A stretch of DNA of 63,877 nt, filler included, from Octopus bimaculoides (lineage: Eukaryota): NCBI RefSeq assembly GCF_001194135.2. It is 8 parts of 7 records of this genome, joined end to end, with 100 filler letters (N's around TTAATTAATTAA, not from the genome) between each part and the next. Parts side by side here need not be neighbours in the genome. Positions count along the whole stretch, not along the records: positions 57,741 to 63,877 come from NC_068989.1; 7 more parts are not named here. One strand, given 5' to 3'. Below the pieces are notes generated by a model. The model had not been told where the DNA came from, made no database searches, and worked only from the letters and a program-made list of their open reading frames with translations. The translations under genes and the position numbers were made by a program. Of this stretch, positions 62,546 to 63,877 are shown piece by piece. How positions within the stretch are numbered: position 1 is the stretch's first letter; every line of letters begins with the position of its first letter.

Positions 62546-63877
62546 AAATGAAAGATCGTTAAANNNNNNNNNNNNNNNNNNNNNNNNNNNNNNNNNNNNN
62601 NNNNNNNNNNNNNNNNNNNNNNNNNNNNNNNNNNNNNNNNNNNNNNNNNNNNNNNNNNNNNNNGATGAAGGAAGGTAGGAAGAATGAATGAATGAATGGA
62701 CGAATGCAAAATTTAGTGTTTTTATGAAGGATTTTTGTGTTTCCTTTACTAGTCCTTTATGTTTGGAAAAATAGTTTTGCTAAATTCGTAAGTATTTTAT
62801 ATTCTTGTTTGCCTCATAATCAGAATGAAATGGTGATAATTCTTCCTGAGTTTCAGTTTTTTGACTATTCATGAGAAGAGAGGTAGGTTATTTCTTTTCC
62901 CAAACAGAATGAAATGGTAAAATGGGTAGTAAGTTGCTAAGAACCATGGGAATACTACTGTCAGAAATAAATTCATCAACTCCAGACGTAAAACTTATAC
63001 AATCCGAACGTTCTGGTAGATTTTAGAGTTTATTTTACATGTAATGAATCTATGTCATGAATCTTGGTCTTTTGCTTTGTTATTAGTGTAGATTCCATGA
63101 TTACTCGTTTCCTTTTACGTCGAGAAGTCATTGCAATACATTATTATGCANNNNNNNNNNNNNNNNNNNNNNNNNNNNNNNAACAGACTGTTGATTATAC
63201 TACTATTTTATAGAGAAATTCAGCACAGATATATTAAAATATACAATTATAGCAGTATCTTCATGATCTTTTGCAAATTATAGCAGTATCTCCATGATCT
63301 TTTGCAAAGTGTATGAAAAATGTTATAAGTACTATTATTTCATTTCGATGATGAGGCCAAAATGCTTTCAAAATGTTAATGGACCAGTAGATGTGTAAAT
63401 GCTAATGTAGCAAACTAAACATAAACAACGTTGCTGTGTGAACTAGAAACATGAAATAAAGTTTCTTGCTCTAACGCACAGCACACAACCAGAAATCAGA
63501 CTCACAGCCTTTCGATCATGAAACATCTACACTAACCGCTAAGCCACATGCCTTCATATTACTAGCGGACCTAGCGAAAAGGATGACGAATTCAACTCTG
63601 TAAGAATCTTCGTATATCAATATACAGGTAGACATACATATACATGATACACACACACACACATAAACACACATTTTAAATACACTAGCGATTCGCTAAA
63701 TCGGGTCGTCGGTGACTAAATTGGCAACCAACAAAGCTTACTTGGTAAGAAGCGTGATTGTTGGGCACCCTGTAGAACGAAAAATAAGAATTGTCAAAGG
63801 GCAGAAGAGCTCATAAGTAGCCAATAACCATCCAACATTATGTGTAAGTTTGTATGTATGTATATGCATATATATAT

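Overview
This is a eukaryotic, AT-rich, repeat-dominated genomic window with many N gaps. Its SINE/LINE families and microsatellite load are typical of an octopus draft assembly (inference). Only two host-gene pieces are well supported. The first is a 144-nt calmodulin-like exon (+, 8632-8775) at the conserved calmodulin intron positions, carrying two substitutions. The second is a 1.27-kb terminal exon (-, 34035-35308) encoding the C-terminus of an AA15-type copper LPMO, a long basic linker and two tandem six-cysteine modules. I could not find the other exons of either gene. Most of the rest is mobile DNA: two tRNA-type SINE families, a near-complete RTE/BovB-like LINE fused to CR1/L2-type LINEs, many RTE/RTEX 3' fragments, a Penelope-like element, Tx1/L1 and R4/Dong remnants, a complete IR/DR Tc1 element, hAT and mariner MITEs with target-site duplications, and Helitron pieces. 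There are also minimal hammerhead-ribozyme-like motifs, fold-back hairpins and several candidate promoters and exons. The TTAATTAATTAA strings inside gaps are assembly artefacts. Repeat boundaries are approximate, read by eye, unless a TSD or splice site is cited.
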